From: Octopus vulgaris
Lineage: Eukaryota
DNA length: 64,000 nt
Reading direction: 5' to 3'
NCBI GenBank assembly: GCA_951406725.2
Contig: OX597821.1
Span: forward strand, 4,836,001 to 4,900,000
Each line of letters begins with the position of its first letter. Position 1 is the stretch's first letter. The notes under the pieces were generated by a model that saw only the letters and a program-made list of their open reading frames with translations, did no database searches and was not told where the DNA came from. A program made the position numbers and the translations under genes. This document shows, piece after piece, positions 27,420 through 41,380 of this stretch.

Positions 27420-28392
27420 AGAGAAACACATTTACCCGGTTGCGGAACGTATGCTGTTTATTACGTAGGGACCAAAGAGAGACAGCTACACTGTGGCATT
27501 CCTCACTCTTTTTCCAGAAACTTTGTAGTCCTAAGTTTGTTCATTAAAAACGAGATCTTATACTATACTTATAAATACACATTCGTGTGTGTGTGCACGC
27601 GCGTGAGTGTATTTGTGTGTTTGTGCGCGCGTATGTGTGTGTGTGTGTGTGTGAGTATGTGTGTATACTTGGGAAGCTAAGGGCGCGAAAGAAGTCATGA
27701 AGCCTAGAGGAACTACTGTGCGGTGACAGATATGTAAATGCAAACATATGAATGCGTAAACGTATAAAGTAAACCAAAGAAGCGTACCAGAAAGTTAAAT
27801 GTTCAAAGGAAAAACAAAAGTACAGAGTGAAACGTTTGCGTATTACGCTTTATCATAGAAAAGAATAGAGAATTAAGATGCCAGAGCAATCATCTACGAT
27901 ACCGAATAGAAGGCATCGGGTTGAGTGAAAACTGGGGAGCTGGTTAGAGTGACCAGCAACTGAGTTACAAACATGATCACAAGACAGATTTTTAATGTAG
28001 AATGAGGCAAGGAAGAAATGGTTATAGAATATATAGGATGAGCGAAAGAGGAGGTGAAAAAAAAGGAAACGAGATTGGGAAATGGAAGACATATGGAGGA
28101 AGAGAAGAAGAGGGGGAGAAGTAGCTAGCGAGAATTAATGGAAGCGAATAGGTTTATGATACGGGCGTTTGTGTGCACATGTATGTGAAGGATATGTGTT
28201 TGTTAAAAGAGCGAAACCTATGTCTGTGTTTGTGGCGTGTTATGTAATGTAGAAATCACTGAAGAGGTAAGTGGCTGGATTATGTTGGTAATTATATGAG
28301 TTGAGTATACCCATGTAACATTGAAGTTATGGAACATTCAGTCTATGTGGATAAATAAAGGAATAACAGGATGTAAACTGCATGTGAGATAG

Positions 28393-28556
28393 GAGGGGAT
28401 ACTCAAAATGTCGTGGCTTTAATGAGTGTCGCAAAATACCTGGTTCGAGACCCAAAATTCCGAGTTCCTTTACAGGGCTTAGAAAAACTGAAGGACCTCT
28501 GCAGTAAATGTTTCAATCTGAGAAGGTAATATATTGAATAAAATCATCATTAACGA
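28393..28556 (+). mobile_element. Mariner-derived MITE, partial (family of 42327-42550)
   Basis: gaggggatactcaaaatgtcgtggcttt terminus; tttacagggcttagaaaaactga..caatctgaga is the reverse complement of the internal part of 42327-42550. Confidence 0.65.
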
Positions 28557-29365
28557 AACACCCATGTAGGTTTTAGCACTCCATGTGGGTGTTTGAATGT
28601 AGGAATAATATCTATGAGTAAGTTTATGAGTTTTCCGTGATAGGATTCGTTAACCAACAGCGACCAGAAAAAGTAAAGTGAAGGCACAAATAATCATCTG
28701 TATGGAAGCAATGTTTGCTGGTTCCAATAACGGTCTGGTTGTGTCCTATATGGAAGGACTTTTATTATACAGGGCTTCCGTACGGATGAAAAACTTATGG
28801 GTTTGGAGTTACAAAGGATAGGATGCGTTATTATATTTATACTTAGATAGATACATACATACACGCACGCACACACACACACACATATATTTATATATAT
28901 ATATATATATATATAAACATATATATTCAACATTAATTTCAGTGATATTTTCTCTATCTGTATATGTTAATACAATAGAAACAATTGCTGGCTTTATAAG
29001 GTGAATGCTATAAATAAAGATGTGATTTTCTCTATACTTATTTTGTTGTCTGAAATTCTTCTAAATGATATTTGGATCTACCTGTCATACATGAGGGGTT
29101 ATTTTATATGCACATTCTACATACATTTACTGGTGTGTGTTGGATATAGCTAAGCAAGTTCAGTTTAAACTGAGCGGTTTATTGAAATGTACCTGGATTT
29201 TTCCTGGATTTTTAATAACTTATATATATAAAATTATTTAAAATTATAATTTAGAGTATCTATGAGATACCACCATGCTGGAAGTAGCAGTCAAAACCAC
29301 ATTAAATGTTCATTTTATATTTGTTTACATTTTATATAGTTTATATTTATTTCTATAAAAAACAC

Positions 29366-29399
<34 letters not shown>

Positions 29400-29400
29400 G

Positions 29401-29489
<89 letters not shown>

Positions 29490-29491
29490 AT

Positions 29492-29541
<50 letters not shown>

Positions 29542-30219
29542 AAATATATACACATTTGTATGTAAGTGTGTGTGTGTGAAATGTTAGGTGGGGAATGTGC
29601 ATACATACGTATCTAGAAGTAGATGTACATCTTAGATTACATACGTGTTTTCATCGATAAATTATTTATACGTACATAAACACATAGCAGGCAAATTACA
29701 AAGGAGATATTGAGGAACGAAAATAGACTTTAACAAGCTTGATTACTATTCGATCGTTTCTAAGTTCCAGGTAAATTTATATCATCTTTTTCTCTTCTTC
29801 TGTTTTGGCTCATTATATAAAGGCCAGATTAGTATTCGATGATACATACACAGTGTTCTTCATTCGCTGCGTTTATTATTATAGTTAGTGTATAATAACA
29901 CAGAACGTATGGTAATTATAATAATTACTTAATAGCAGATGCCAGTGAAATTACTTAAGTAATCTCAGAGGGTCAGAAACGGTTCTCTTTGAGTTAAACA
30001 TGATGCGAATTTGACAGAAGACTGATAGCATGTGAATGTGTACGCGAGATAAATAAGATAAATACGTTGATAAAAGTTTAGAAGTTCGTTGAAGGTGATG
30101 GCTATATCATGATCTATCGGATATTTAATCAATTCTGCAGCGTCATCACCGAATTGGTTACAGTTAGAAATAATATTGATAAAAGCAAGATATACAAAAA
30201 TCACACGCTCATCTACACA

Positions 30220-30255
<36 letters not shown>

Positions 30256-30314
30256 CATGTGTGTGTCTACATATGTACTGTATACATTATATATATATAT
30301 ATATATATATATGT

Positions 30315-30520
30315 ACTAGATAATAAAAGCACATACACTTTCGCAGCGATCGTAAAGTATATTACAAATGAATAACGGGAGATGGAATAATTAACCACGG
30401 CAATTGTTTCGATACATCTAGCATTGATCCCTTATGAGTGGAATCGATGACAGGTGTGTCGAAACAATTCCGTGATTATTAATAAATTCTCGTATATTCC
30501 ATCTTCCGTCTTTCATTTAC
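30315..30520 (-). mobile_element. Small decayed hairpin-plus-tail insertion in (TA)n
   Basis: Inverted arms 30366-30419 and 30452-30518 containing cGAAACAATT(G); tail of about 45-50 nt on the left. Confidence 0.55.
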
Positions 30521-30594
30521 CATACATATATATATATATATATATAAACAGACAGATTGGATAAATATATAGATATACAGACAGACAGACATAC

Positions 30595-30631
<37 letters not shown>

Positions 30632-30636
30632 TATAC

Positions 30637-30695
<59 letters not shown>

Positions 30696-30971
30696 CATAG
30701 ATAGATGATAGATTGATACATACATACATACATTCATGTATGACAAACAGAGAAACTAGTTCTAAAATCTCTTCGTTTTGAATAACACACCTTCTAAATT
30801 CAAGAAATGCATACCTGTCTCATTGAGCTCAAACATGAAGAAGCGTCAATATCAAACCAGATAAACACTCTCTACAACACTTCTCTATCCCCACTATTAG
30901 ATATAAACTTTATTTCGAATTCTTCTTCAACACATTCCTTCTAAATATACTGTCACATTCCTACCCACAAA

Positions 30972-31037
<66 letters not shown>

Positions 31038-33261
31038 ACCTAAGTTTCATATATATATTCCTGTACACATTAAACAAAAACTTTGCCAAACTGAATAAAG
31101 TATAACGACGACCAGTAAGCCACAACATAGAAGCCACTTGAAACTTTTCTTTGTGAATATTAATTTGGTAGGCATTGAAATTCATGAGAACGCCGTGCCT
31201 CGTTCTGTATAATGTTTAACTGTATTTTCATAACCACATAAATTACAAAACAAACATTAAATGAAAGAAGGAAAATAAAAGAAGAAAGAAAAGGAAGCGA
31301 AAAAAGAAACAAGCAAAACATGGAAGATGGAAGAGAAGGAAAAGAAAGAAAGAAAGAAAGAAAGAAACGAAACCAAAAAGAAAGAAAAAAAAAAGAAAAA
31401 GAAGGAAAAAGAAAGAAAGAAAGAAAGGAAGAAAGAAAGAAAGAAGGAAATGAAAGAAGCAGAGCGGGAAAAGTTTGGAAGATACAAAGCAACTAAATAG
31501 AAAAGATATGTAAGCAAGAGAAGAAAAGAAGTCGAAATCTCACAAGAATCCAGTCGTCACACGATTACGAAAACAATCATTCGTCAACAAAGAACAATCT
31601 ATTTAGTACGAACTTGCACAACTATTCATCAAGCTGTATTATTTCACAGGTTACCATATTTTTTCAAGTTCCATTCACACCGTTCTACTAATTTTAACTG
31701 GTTGCACAGATGTCATATATTATTGTTGTTATTTTACCTTGTTTATTTTCATTATCGCTGCTAAATCAATTGTGTAATGCTGCCAACGCCGTGTGTTGGT
31801 TGCTCTGCTTCTTCTAGACTGGCTCTCCTATTGTATCGTATTAAATGTAATTTGTTTATGTTCCATTGCTTCTTATATTAATATTGATTCAAATACTAGA
31901 TTTGATGGTTTGTACATCTATATATGTGTGTGTGTGCATATACATATATATACACACATATGTATGCACATACATATACAAAAATATTTATATATATAAA
32001 TATATATATATGTATATGTGTATATATATATATACATATATATACATGCATGTATAAGTATATATGTATCTGTCTCTGTAGATGTGTGTGTGCGCGCGTG
32101 GTGTTTGTATGTGCATTTATGTATACACAACAACTATTGTATAAATCACACATACACACACACGTACGCACACACACACACACATATATATATATATAAA
32201 CAAATACATGTATGTATCTTTGTATGTGTACGTACAAAATATATCAGTAAGTTTTATGTCGACTAATAAGAAGTAAAGTTTCACATCAGTAAACTTTAAT
32301 AAATGGATGTATACACCCACGTCGGTGTAAATTAGTTTGTCAGCATAATTCGTTGCTCACCTAATTAGATTATTCTTAATTAGACCTCAACACATTATAG
32401 TGGTTGATCTGGCAAATAATGTTATTGTAATTAGTAGAAATCTACTACGAAATGAAATACAATTGTGTACGAAATAGTTTATGTTATTACAGAATATCAA
32501 ATCAAGTACAGCTCAAATTCAAAACGAGGAAAAGACAATTAAATGCAAATATAGTGTGCAAGAATATATTTTATTTAATTTAATGGTTAACAATTTCACT
32601 TCAGAGTACTTATTTAGAAGGATCGGTGAGTGATCCGAGTAACAATTGCGAACGTAGCTACACTTCTGTTGAGTGATGAAAAGTGTTGTGTTGTGTTCAA
32701 GAGCTCTAGAACGATGCTGGAAATAAAAAATAACAAGTTTTCAAAAGGTAAGTTTGGTTGGATTTGGAGATGTTGATTCAGACAACCTAAGGGAGATGTC
32801 AGATTATTAGTAATGATTGTGGATTTGGAGAGTAACAGTCTTAGATGCTAGGTGCAACAATCCTGGTAAAACTATTTACCTATTAAAGTCTTCTAGGCCA
32901 ACGACAACAGAAAATACCAGCTGATAGAATACATCCACTGCTTCCAAAACCTCAGCAGCCAAATACACTATAAAGATCACCCCATTGCCATCTTTTGATC
33001 ATCAAAACAGACAGTTTTTATCTGTCTGGTGAGCAGTGCAAAAGTGTTTGCGTGGTGGACTAAATTGAAATGAACGAAGTCCCTTTCCTCGTTCGATAAG
33101 CCCTCATCATTGAAAAAAACAGAATCTGAGAGTGGAGATATAAATGTTGTCTTGTTGTAACATCGTTGACACATGGACAAGATCAGCAAGTTTGGCCACA
33201 AAATAGACTTTTAGAATTGGAGGAAAACACCTTAGAGTGGACATCAAGATATGGAATAGTT

Positions 33262-33550
33262 GAAGAAGCCCGTCGTATATATATATATGTATATTTATAT
33301 ATGTGTGTGTATGTATACGTTTGTGTGTGTGTGTGTGTGTGTATACGTTTGTGTGTCTGTGTTTGTCCCCCCAACATCGCTTGACAACCGATGCTGGTGT
33401 GTTTACGTCCCCGTAACTTAGCGGTTCGGCAAAAGAGATCGATAGCATAAGTACTAGGCTTACAAAGAATAAGTCCTAGGGTCGATTTGCTCAACTAAAG
33501 GCAGTGCTCCAGCATGGCCACAATCAAATGACTGAAACAAGTAAAAGTAA
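33262..33550 (+). mobile_element. 5'-truncated family B SINE
   Basis: aagaagcccgtcg(TA/TG)n..gtttacgtccccgtaacttagcggttcggcaaaagag..gactgaaacaagtaaaag. Confidence 0.9.
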
Positions 33551-34189
33551 AAATCCCTGCCCCGTCGTAAATTTTTCAACAACGATTTTTCTACGAAGTA
33601 TGCAGATTGAATCTGAAAATAAACAAAACCATGTTAGTCGCTTCAAGCTCTTCCTTATCCTTCTATTAGAAGCTAGTAGCAAAACTATCGTTGCTTCTCT
33701 TCGAATTATACAAAAGTAAGGGACTTTGAGAATTTTGAACGGGAATAAAGGGGTATGAAATTAATTCAAAACAAATAATTTCACGCATGATGTAACTTTG
33801 ATTGCTGCAGCGTGTAATTTGTAGATTACGTTTCACAGAATCGGTTAATAGCAGATATAATATAGAATTTTGTCTTTAAAAATGGCTACATTATCTGACA
33901 TCATCCACTTGAGGGGATGAGAAGTGATTTTTCGCAAATCCTGTCCTTCATATATACAGAACGTCGTGCGTATGTTCCCTATTGAAATATATTTCTATCC
34001 GCTAAAAATAAAGCAATTTATTTGAATGGTAATTTCTGGAGATAAAGTAAATAACTTTTTCTAGTTGCCTCACAAGGACAGCAATTTCGAATCGATAAAA
34101 CGCGAAGTTGATGTCAGTGTAAACTGAGAACGTATAGAGCCGGAGGAAATCCTGCTAAGCACATTGTCTCACGCGCAGACAATGCTTTT

Positions 34190-35195
34190 CCACACTAGGC
34201 ATAAGACCCGAAGTTTTGGAGGAGCGGAGCCAGACGATTAGATCGATCAGTACGCAACTGGTACTTAATTGATCGACCCCGAAACGATGAAAAGCAAAGT
34301 CGTAGCAGCAGACGAAATACCTATTTCTTTACTACCCACAAGGGACTAAACACAGAGAGGAGAAATAAGGACAGACAAAAGGATTAAGTCGATTACATCG
34401 ACCCCAGTGCGTGACTGGTACTTAATTAATCGACCCCGAAAGAAGGAAAGGCAAAGTCAACCTCGGCGAAATTTGAACTCAAAACATAGCTGCAGACGAA
34501 ATACCTATTTCTTTTTTCTACCCACAAGGGACTAAACACAGACAGGACAACAAGGACAGACAAACGGATTAAGTCGATTACATCGACCCCAGTGCGTGAC
34601 TGGTACTTACTTAATAGACCCCGAAAGTATGAAAGGCAAAGTCGACTTCGGGGGAATTTGAACTCAGGACGTAACCGCAGACGAAATACCACTAAGCATT
34701 TCGCCCGACCTGCTATCGTTTTCTACCAGCTCGCTGACGTTGTTGTTATTGTTTTGAATTTTGACACACAGACAGCAATGGGGGAGGGTTAGTCAGTTAC
34801 GATCGGCCGAATACTTGACTGTTACTTCATTTTATCGACAGCGAAAGAACGAAACACAAAATTAACCTCAGCAGGGTTTGAACTCAGAACGAAAGTAACC
34901 GAAATAAATTTAAATAAGCGCTTTGTTCAACGCAGTAACGTTTGTGCCAGCTCGTCCCTTTAGCTAAAACTTTAAAATGGTCTCAAATTTTTGGAAGAAG
35001 GCCAGCGATTGTAAGGGAGGGGTAAGTTGATTGCATTGATTCCAGTTTTCAACTGGTACTTATTTTATCGACACCGAAATAATGAATGGCAAAGTCGACC
35101 TAGGCGGAATCTGAACTCAGAACGTAAGAACGAACTGAACGTCGCTAAGGATTTTGTCCGGCATGCTAACGATTCATCTAGCTCGCCATCTTAGA
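34190..35195 (-). mobile_element. Cluster of family C SINEs: one copy with a triplicated body (34190-34735) and two further copies
   Basis: Body units of about 184 bp joined at gacgaaatac|ctatttc (34320, 34504); further copies at about 34760-34960 and 34985-35195. Confidence 0.85.
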
Positions 35196-35534
35196 GTAAA
35201 TAATGGTTTCTTTTCAACAAGCCTCCAAATTCAGGGGTTTTAAATTACGCAGTGTAATATTTGCGCGTAACCCAAGGGTTTACGGACCCAAAGCAACATC
35301 TAAAGCACTATGTCATTAATAGTGCGACTTATATCCATCTTATTACTGGACTATGCTCATGACATCAGTTGGTTCTGAATTTATCTTCTGACCGAGACGG
35401 CGTTGTTGACATGATTTGCAGTTACTCATATATTCCTTTTCATTTTGTACATCAATGTAATGACATCAATCAAAATATTTGTTTTCGACAAAAATGAAAC
35501 TTTCCTTTTCATCGAACGTAGTGCTGCCGATCAC

Positions 35535-36442
35535 TATGGTTCATCCCAGAAAAAATGCTTTTTTTTCAATTGCATGAACTAAAAGTCGGACGGGGCGGGA
35601 TAAGCTACCTGCATCAACTTGCTATAAAAGCAGGTAATAATTTTTCCTTGTCCTTATTCTTAGTGCAAGTTTTGAAGAGTGCAGTTCGATTGTAACAGTT
35701 ATTTTTTCAAAGTTATAATGGAAGTGGCAAAGGAGCATATTCGGCATATTTTGCATTATGAGTTCAATAAAAGCAACAACGCAACGGAAACTGCGATGAA
35801 TATTTATGCAGTATATGGGGATCGAGCAATAAGCGTAAGCAAGTGTCAACGGTGGTCCGAGAAATTCCGAGCCGGAAATTAAAGCCTAGAAGACGAGTCT
35901 CGTCCAGGAAGACCTGTAGATCTCGACGAGGACGTCCTGCAAACCTTGATGGAACAAAATTCCATTATAACAGTTGAAGAACTAACAGAGAAGCTTGGAT
36001 TTGGTCATTCAACCAGTCATTCCAGTCAGCACTTGAAGAAAAACGACCCTCTTAGGTTTCAAGGTGGAAGGTGTTCTAGCATCAGGATAATGCGAGGGTG
36101 ACATTCCAAAGGCTGGAACAGTTTGAATGCGAAACGATGCCCCACCTAAAATATTCGCTGGACTTTGCCCCATCTGATTCTCCTTTATTCCGCACTCTTC
36201 AAAATCATTTGGACGGAAAAAATAAGAATTCTGGAGATAAGGTTAGAACAGTAGTGGAGGAGTATTTTTCGTCAGGGACAAGGGAATTTTGGAAGAGGGC
36301 TCTTGCAAGTTTACAAGATAGATGGAAGAGTTTTGTAGAAAATGAAGGAGAATATGTGTTAGATTGAAAAAGAGCTTCGTTTATCTTAATTTTCAAAAAT
36401 AAACATATAAAAATACCGCATTGTTTATGGGATGACCCAATA
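35535..36442 (+). mobile_element. Internally deleted mariner element with TIRs
   Basis: TIR tatggttcatcccagaaaaaatgc versus gcattgtttatgggatgacccaa|ta; MEVAKEHIRHILHYEF..CQRWSEKFRAGN*SLEDESRPGRP; HQDNAR..YSLDFAPSD (YSPDLAPSD motif). Confidence 0.92.
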
Positions 36443-36898
36443 CATTTCCTTTAATATTGTAGCAAAGATTGTCAGTCTACTGCGCCTGATTTTCTTTTAT
36501 TAATCACTGTGATATAATGCTTAGCACGAGAGAAATTAATTGCACCTTTAAAAATAAAACTACGTTAGAAACAAAACATACGGACTAACAGAAACTGCTG
36601 GAAATCGTAACAAACTTCACATCAGACACTACTATTTTTCTTTAGAAAATAATAATGAAGAAATCATTCGATATCAACATTCCTGATACACAAACCAGAT
36701 GCAAAGATGACAGAGAGAAAACCTCTACCCAAATGTGCTCCATATGATCCTAGATTAAATAAATAATAATCAACGCAACAGCTATACTCTAGTAACAAGG
36801 CGATTTTATTTAAAAGGTGCCACGGTGTGGGACTGAACCCGGAACCAGGTGGTTGGTAAGAGCAAGCTACTTACCACACATCCACTCCTAAGCCTCTC

Positions 36899-37000
<102 letters not shown>

Positions 37001-37019
37001 GAATATACGTATCAGAACA

Positions 37020-37200
37020 GTTACATTCCCCTAGGACAATTCCTCCTGAAGACAACTGCCACCTGGTACAATTTCACCACTTGGTTAATTACCCCCTCTC
37101 CAATATATTAAGAACTTCTGAATCATCTGTTGTCCTCAGGGGTAATTTATCCTTGGTGTGGTTATTGTCCAAGTGTGGTGGGGACAAAGGGCCTAATCTC
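37020..37200. mobile_element. Degenerate MITE-like element with oppositely oriented short subterminal repeats
   Basis: ggacaattcc/caattt/taattacccc repeats on the left and ttgtcc/ggggtaatt/attgtcc on the right. Confidence 0.45.
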
Positions 37201-37906
37201 ATAAATATGTGTGTCTTTCTGTGTCTGTGTGTTTGTCAACCCACCGTATGACAACCGGCGTTGGTTTACTTTCGTCTCTGCAATCGAATCTACCAACATA
37301 AGAGAACAGTAGAATAAAAAACAAATTATAAATATTTATATACTGGGGTTTATTTGTTCGTCTAAACACTTCAAAAGCATGGCCGCAATCCAATGACTAA
37401 AACAAGTTCATGATAAAAAAAAAATTAAAAAAACAAACCAAATGCTGCCATGACACATCCATACTTTTTCAAAATATTTGTCAATATTTCGAACAAAATA
37501 TAACTAAAATTTCTAATTCCAAAAACGCGACGATATGAAATATAAAACCAAGAATCGAATGAGTAACAGCTGTACATATTAAATGAAAAAAAAAAATTAA
37601 TCGATACACAACAAATATTTATTTTCTACACTATTTTTCAGTGTTGTTTTCTTGTTTTTTTTATTAAATATTTTGTTCACTTTTCACTCTGTAATATTTA
37701 TTCATTTTATCTCAATTTTCTGCCAGTTGCGGCATTGTAAAAAGTCAGCTAATGTTTTATAGGTATGCGTGGGTAGGGTGGGGTTATTTAATTTGGCGCA
37801 ATCGGTCTGCACATATTATCATTATGCCAATAATTCCTTCATTTTCAACACAAAAACACTCATACAGACCCATACACCAACTCACAACCACACACGCATT
37901 ACACAC

Positions 37907-37973
<67 letters not shown>

Positions 37974-37976
37974 CAC

Positions 37977-38020
<44 letters not shown>

Positions 38021-38149
38021 GTACATACATACATACATATATACATAAGTGCATATGCATAATTACAATCATTACATATGCATATATATATGCGTGTATG
38101 TCTGTGAGTGTCTGCGTGTGCGTGCATGAGTGTGTGTGAGGGGGGGGGG

Positions 38150-38345
38150 TAATGCGAACAGAGAGGATCGTCACAAGCCGGACAGAGTGCTTAGCGCCAT
38201 TTCGTCCGTCTTTATATTCTGAGTTCAAGTTTGCGTTTGACGCTTTTAAATCGATAAAATAATTACCAATTGAATACTGGGGTCGATTTCATGGACTGAC
38301 GCAACGCCTGAAACTATTGGCCTTGTGCCAAAATTTGAAACCTTA
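38150..38345 (+). mobile_element. Degenerate family C SINE
   Basis: cttagcgccatttcgtccgtc..ttctgagttcaagttt..tcgataaaataattacca..actggggtcgat..ggccttgtgccaaaatttgaaa. Confidence 0.7.
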
Positions 38346-38429
38346 TACATATGTATATATGCTTGCATGTATATGTTTATGTAAATATGTGTGTATGTAC
38401 GTAAGTCTGTATACGTGTATGTATGTATG

Positions 38430-38463
<34 letters not shown>

Positions 38464-38613
38464 TGTATGTATTGCTTTAGCCTTCAAATGACGCCACCCC
38501 GCTGGCTAAGTGAGCAGGCCATATATATATATATATATATATATATACTCATGGCTTGAGTTCTATTTCTGTTGATTGCATCACCAAATTTATATGTCCC
38601 TATGTATGTATGT

Positions 38614-40329
38614 CCCTTCTATTTTTAGATTATTATAAATCTTCCACTGAGGGGGGAGCTGGTTTCTAACAAAGAGACAAGGCTCCATCTTTGTGATGTA
38701 CTTAACGTAGACAAATTCACATTTGGAACTTGAGAAAAGTCTTACATATATTTACTGTTCTACGTGTCTATTTCTCTTTCTGAAAACCCCAGTTTATTCA
38801 TATTCTCCTTTAAACATTTAACAAAACTATTGCTCCAATTAGCATTGGCATGAACATGAATTCATAGTCTGAATACAAAAGCTAGACATTTCGAAATAGT
38901 TGTCCATAGCTATCCCCTTTTTCTTTGATTTTGAAGATTTATATCTGCAGGGCAGCTGACCTCTATGATGGTACATACCTTTGCCCCTCTGTCCCAAACA
39001 GCAACATCTGTCCTGTTATGCTTACATTTAAGAGTCTTTTTATGGGAATATTCCTAGGAAGATTCCTTGAGTTGGTGTTTATGAATGTATTCCATAATAG
39101 AGGGATTTTCGATGTTTAGTTCAGGACAGTCTTTCATGTGGATGGCATTGTAAATTATTTTAGCCACAATATCATGCCGCATGGGGAGGTAGTTGTGTGA
39201 TGACAATTTATTTAGGACACCTGCTAATCACATGCGTGATGTCTTCCACAGAAACATGACATAGCCTACACATGCGGTTGCACCTTGGGATTACAAGAGC
39301 GTCACTGTCATTCCTGTTTCTCCAGGTACTTTGGGGCAATCTCCTGTTCCTGGATTGCAAACGCATAGTCTTCAAAGAATCATGAGATGTAGTGATTTTG
39401 TTTCCAAGAGAGGCTGCTGTTCCTATCAATTCTGTCTTCTTCAAACTTCCGAGCAACATTCCCATGCATAGTCTTTTTTTTTCCATCCAGGTATTCTCTG
39501 CGGTAAGAGAGCCCAGCTTCTTGAGGAGCTCGCAGCCAACTCCTACAATGTTACCCACTTCACTTTTCAGCACTGCATTTATATATTTATTTTCTCTTGA
39601 TGCTGTTTAGCAGGTGCTGCCTAAAGGATGTCATACGTCAGTCGAAGGCCGTTTGCATTGATCCCAGTCTTCTACCACCTTCATTTCTTCATAGGTAGAG
39701 TCTTTCAACATCACAATTTCTATGGATGTTCTAAGTTATTGTCAGGATTTTGCGGGTTTTGATATCTATGGATTGGGTTTCCTCTACAGTCCAATCAAGT
39801 ATCCCAAATGTTTAGATCACCAATGGTACTACAGATGCATTGTGAGATACTGTCTTGTTGTAAGAGGAAAGTTCCCACTGCTCTGATTTCCTAAGTCAGG
39901 TGTAATATTCTCGGGTCACTCTATCTTCATTCACAGTGTCTTCATATGATACATCTTCAGCTATACCTAAGTACTTGTAGTAACATTATTTGTGTGGAAT
40001 GGGGGAGATAGAGAGACTGTTGATGCACAGGTTTTGGGTTTGGAGGACTGATATATTTCGTTCAATAACCAAATATGAACGTGTTTCTCTCAGCTGAAAA
40101 CGTTGTTATTAATTCCAGTTGTTTTTCCACTTTGTTAACACTTTAGCATAAATCTGGTCTACAAAGAAAGTATGAGTTACATTGATATTTCTAGCAGTTG
40201 AAGATCCTAGCATGTAACCATTTGTTTTCTGCAGTAGGAATGATAATGGATTCAGTGCCAAAAGTAAAAGAAGTACAGAAAGGCTATCTCCTTGGGATAT
40301 TCCCTCTGAGGTGCCTATACTATCTGTAT
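38614..40329 (-). mobile_element. 5'-truncated RLE LINE (RT, CCHC knuckle, RLE), decayed, ending in (CATA)n
   Basis: GISQGDSLSVLLLLLALNPLSFLL and THTFFVD (RT), YKYLGI, CRLCHVSVEDITHVISRC (zinc knuckle), TVNICKTFL C-terminus. Confidence 0.85.
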
Positions 40330-40519
40330 AGTATGTATGTATGTATGTATGTATGTATGTATGTATGTATGTATGTATGTATGTATTTATGTATGCATGT
40401 ATGTATGTATGTATGTATGTATGTGTGTATGCTTGCATGTATGTATGTATGTATGCATGCATGTATGCATGTATGTATGTATGTATGTATGTTTGTATGT
40501 ATGTATGTATGTACGTATG
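40330..40519. repeat. (TATG)n microsatellite between two LINE copies
   Basis: Directly visible. Confidence 0.95.
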
Positions 40520-41380
40520 TTTTGTCTTTTTCTGTTTTTACTTAGTTGGAAGCTTCCTGTGAGGAAAGACCTGATTTCTAGGAAAGTTACAATGCTCCGT
40601 CATCTTGAGAATGTAAGTAACAAAAACAATTTCATTCCTTAAATTTAAGAAAAGTCTGGCATAATTTTACAGTACCGTTTGTGTTTGGAATATGTGAATT
40701 AGATGGTTGATTGCTGAAAATTCTAGGTTTTTCATTTTCAGTTAGGCATCTACTAACAAAACCAAGTGCACCAATTATTAGTAGTATTAATTTATAATCT
40801 GAATATTGAAACTGGAGTTTTCGAAGCAGTGTCCATACGATCGCAGAGTTAATCACATTCGAAGAGTTAATCACATCAGCAGGGAAGCTGGGCTCTATGA
40901 CGGTATATATATTTCCATGTCTGTCAGAAACGACGATATCCAGCCTGTTATATTTGCAACTGACTAATGTTACTAATGTTACTACAAGTTTTGATAAGAA
41001 TGCTGCACCAATATTCCATGAGCTGAACCGTGTATATTTATTCAATCGCAACGGGTTTCCCTGTATTTATTCCAGGGTAATCTCTTTTTGATCGGCATTG
41101 TATATTGCTTTAGCAACAATGTCGTGTCGTATACGTTGGTAGTTACTGGATGACACTTTTGAGCAGCTGATAATGATATATGTAATGTCTTCCATAGAAA
41201 TAAGACATAAACTGGCTATTAGGTTGCATGTTGTTTCTCCGAGTATTTCACTGTCTCTTTTAAATGTATATCTGTCTGAATGAACAAATTTATGTACGTA
41301 TTCTGTTACTGGGAGAGCAACTGCAACACCAGCAAGCTGAACAACTATAGTGCGGAAGAAATGTAAGCGAAGACTGCTCA
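40520..41380 (-). mobile_element. Second RLE LINE 3' fragment ending in (CATA)n
   Basis: LCLISMEDITYIIISCSK..RHDIVAKAIYN; CKYNRLDIVV..VIEPSFPAD..IIGALG..GTVKLCQTFLKFKE*. Confidence 0.85.

Noticed and set aside
32560-33260. Higher-complexity stretch considered as an exon or LINE ORF
   Set aside because: No sustained reading frame or recognisable motif; left unclassified.
34190-34735. Regularly spaced repeats as a CRISPR-like array
   Set aside because: Whole units of about 184 bp repeat with no unique spacers; eukaryotic SINE origin and no cas genes.
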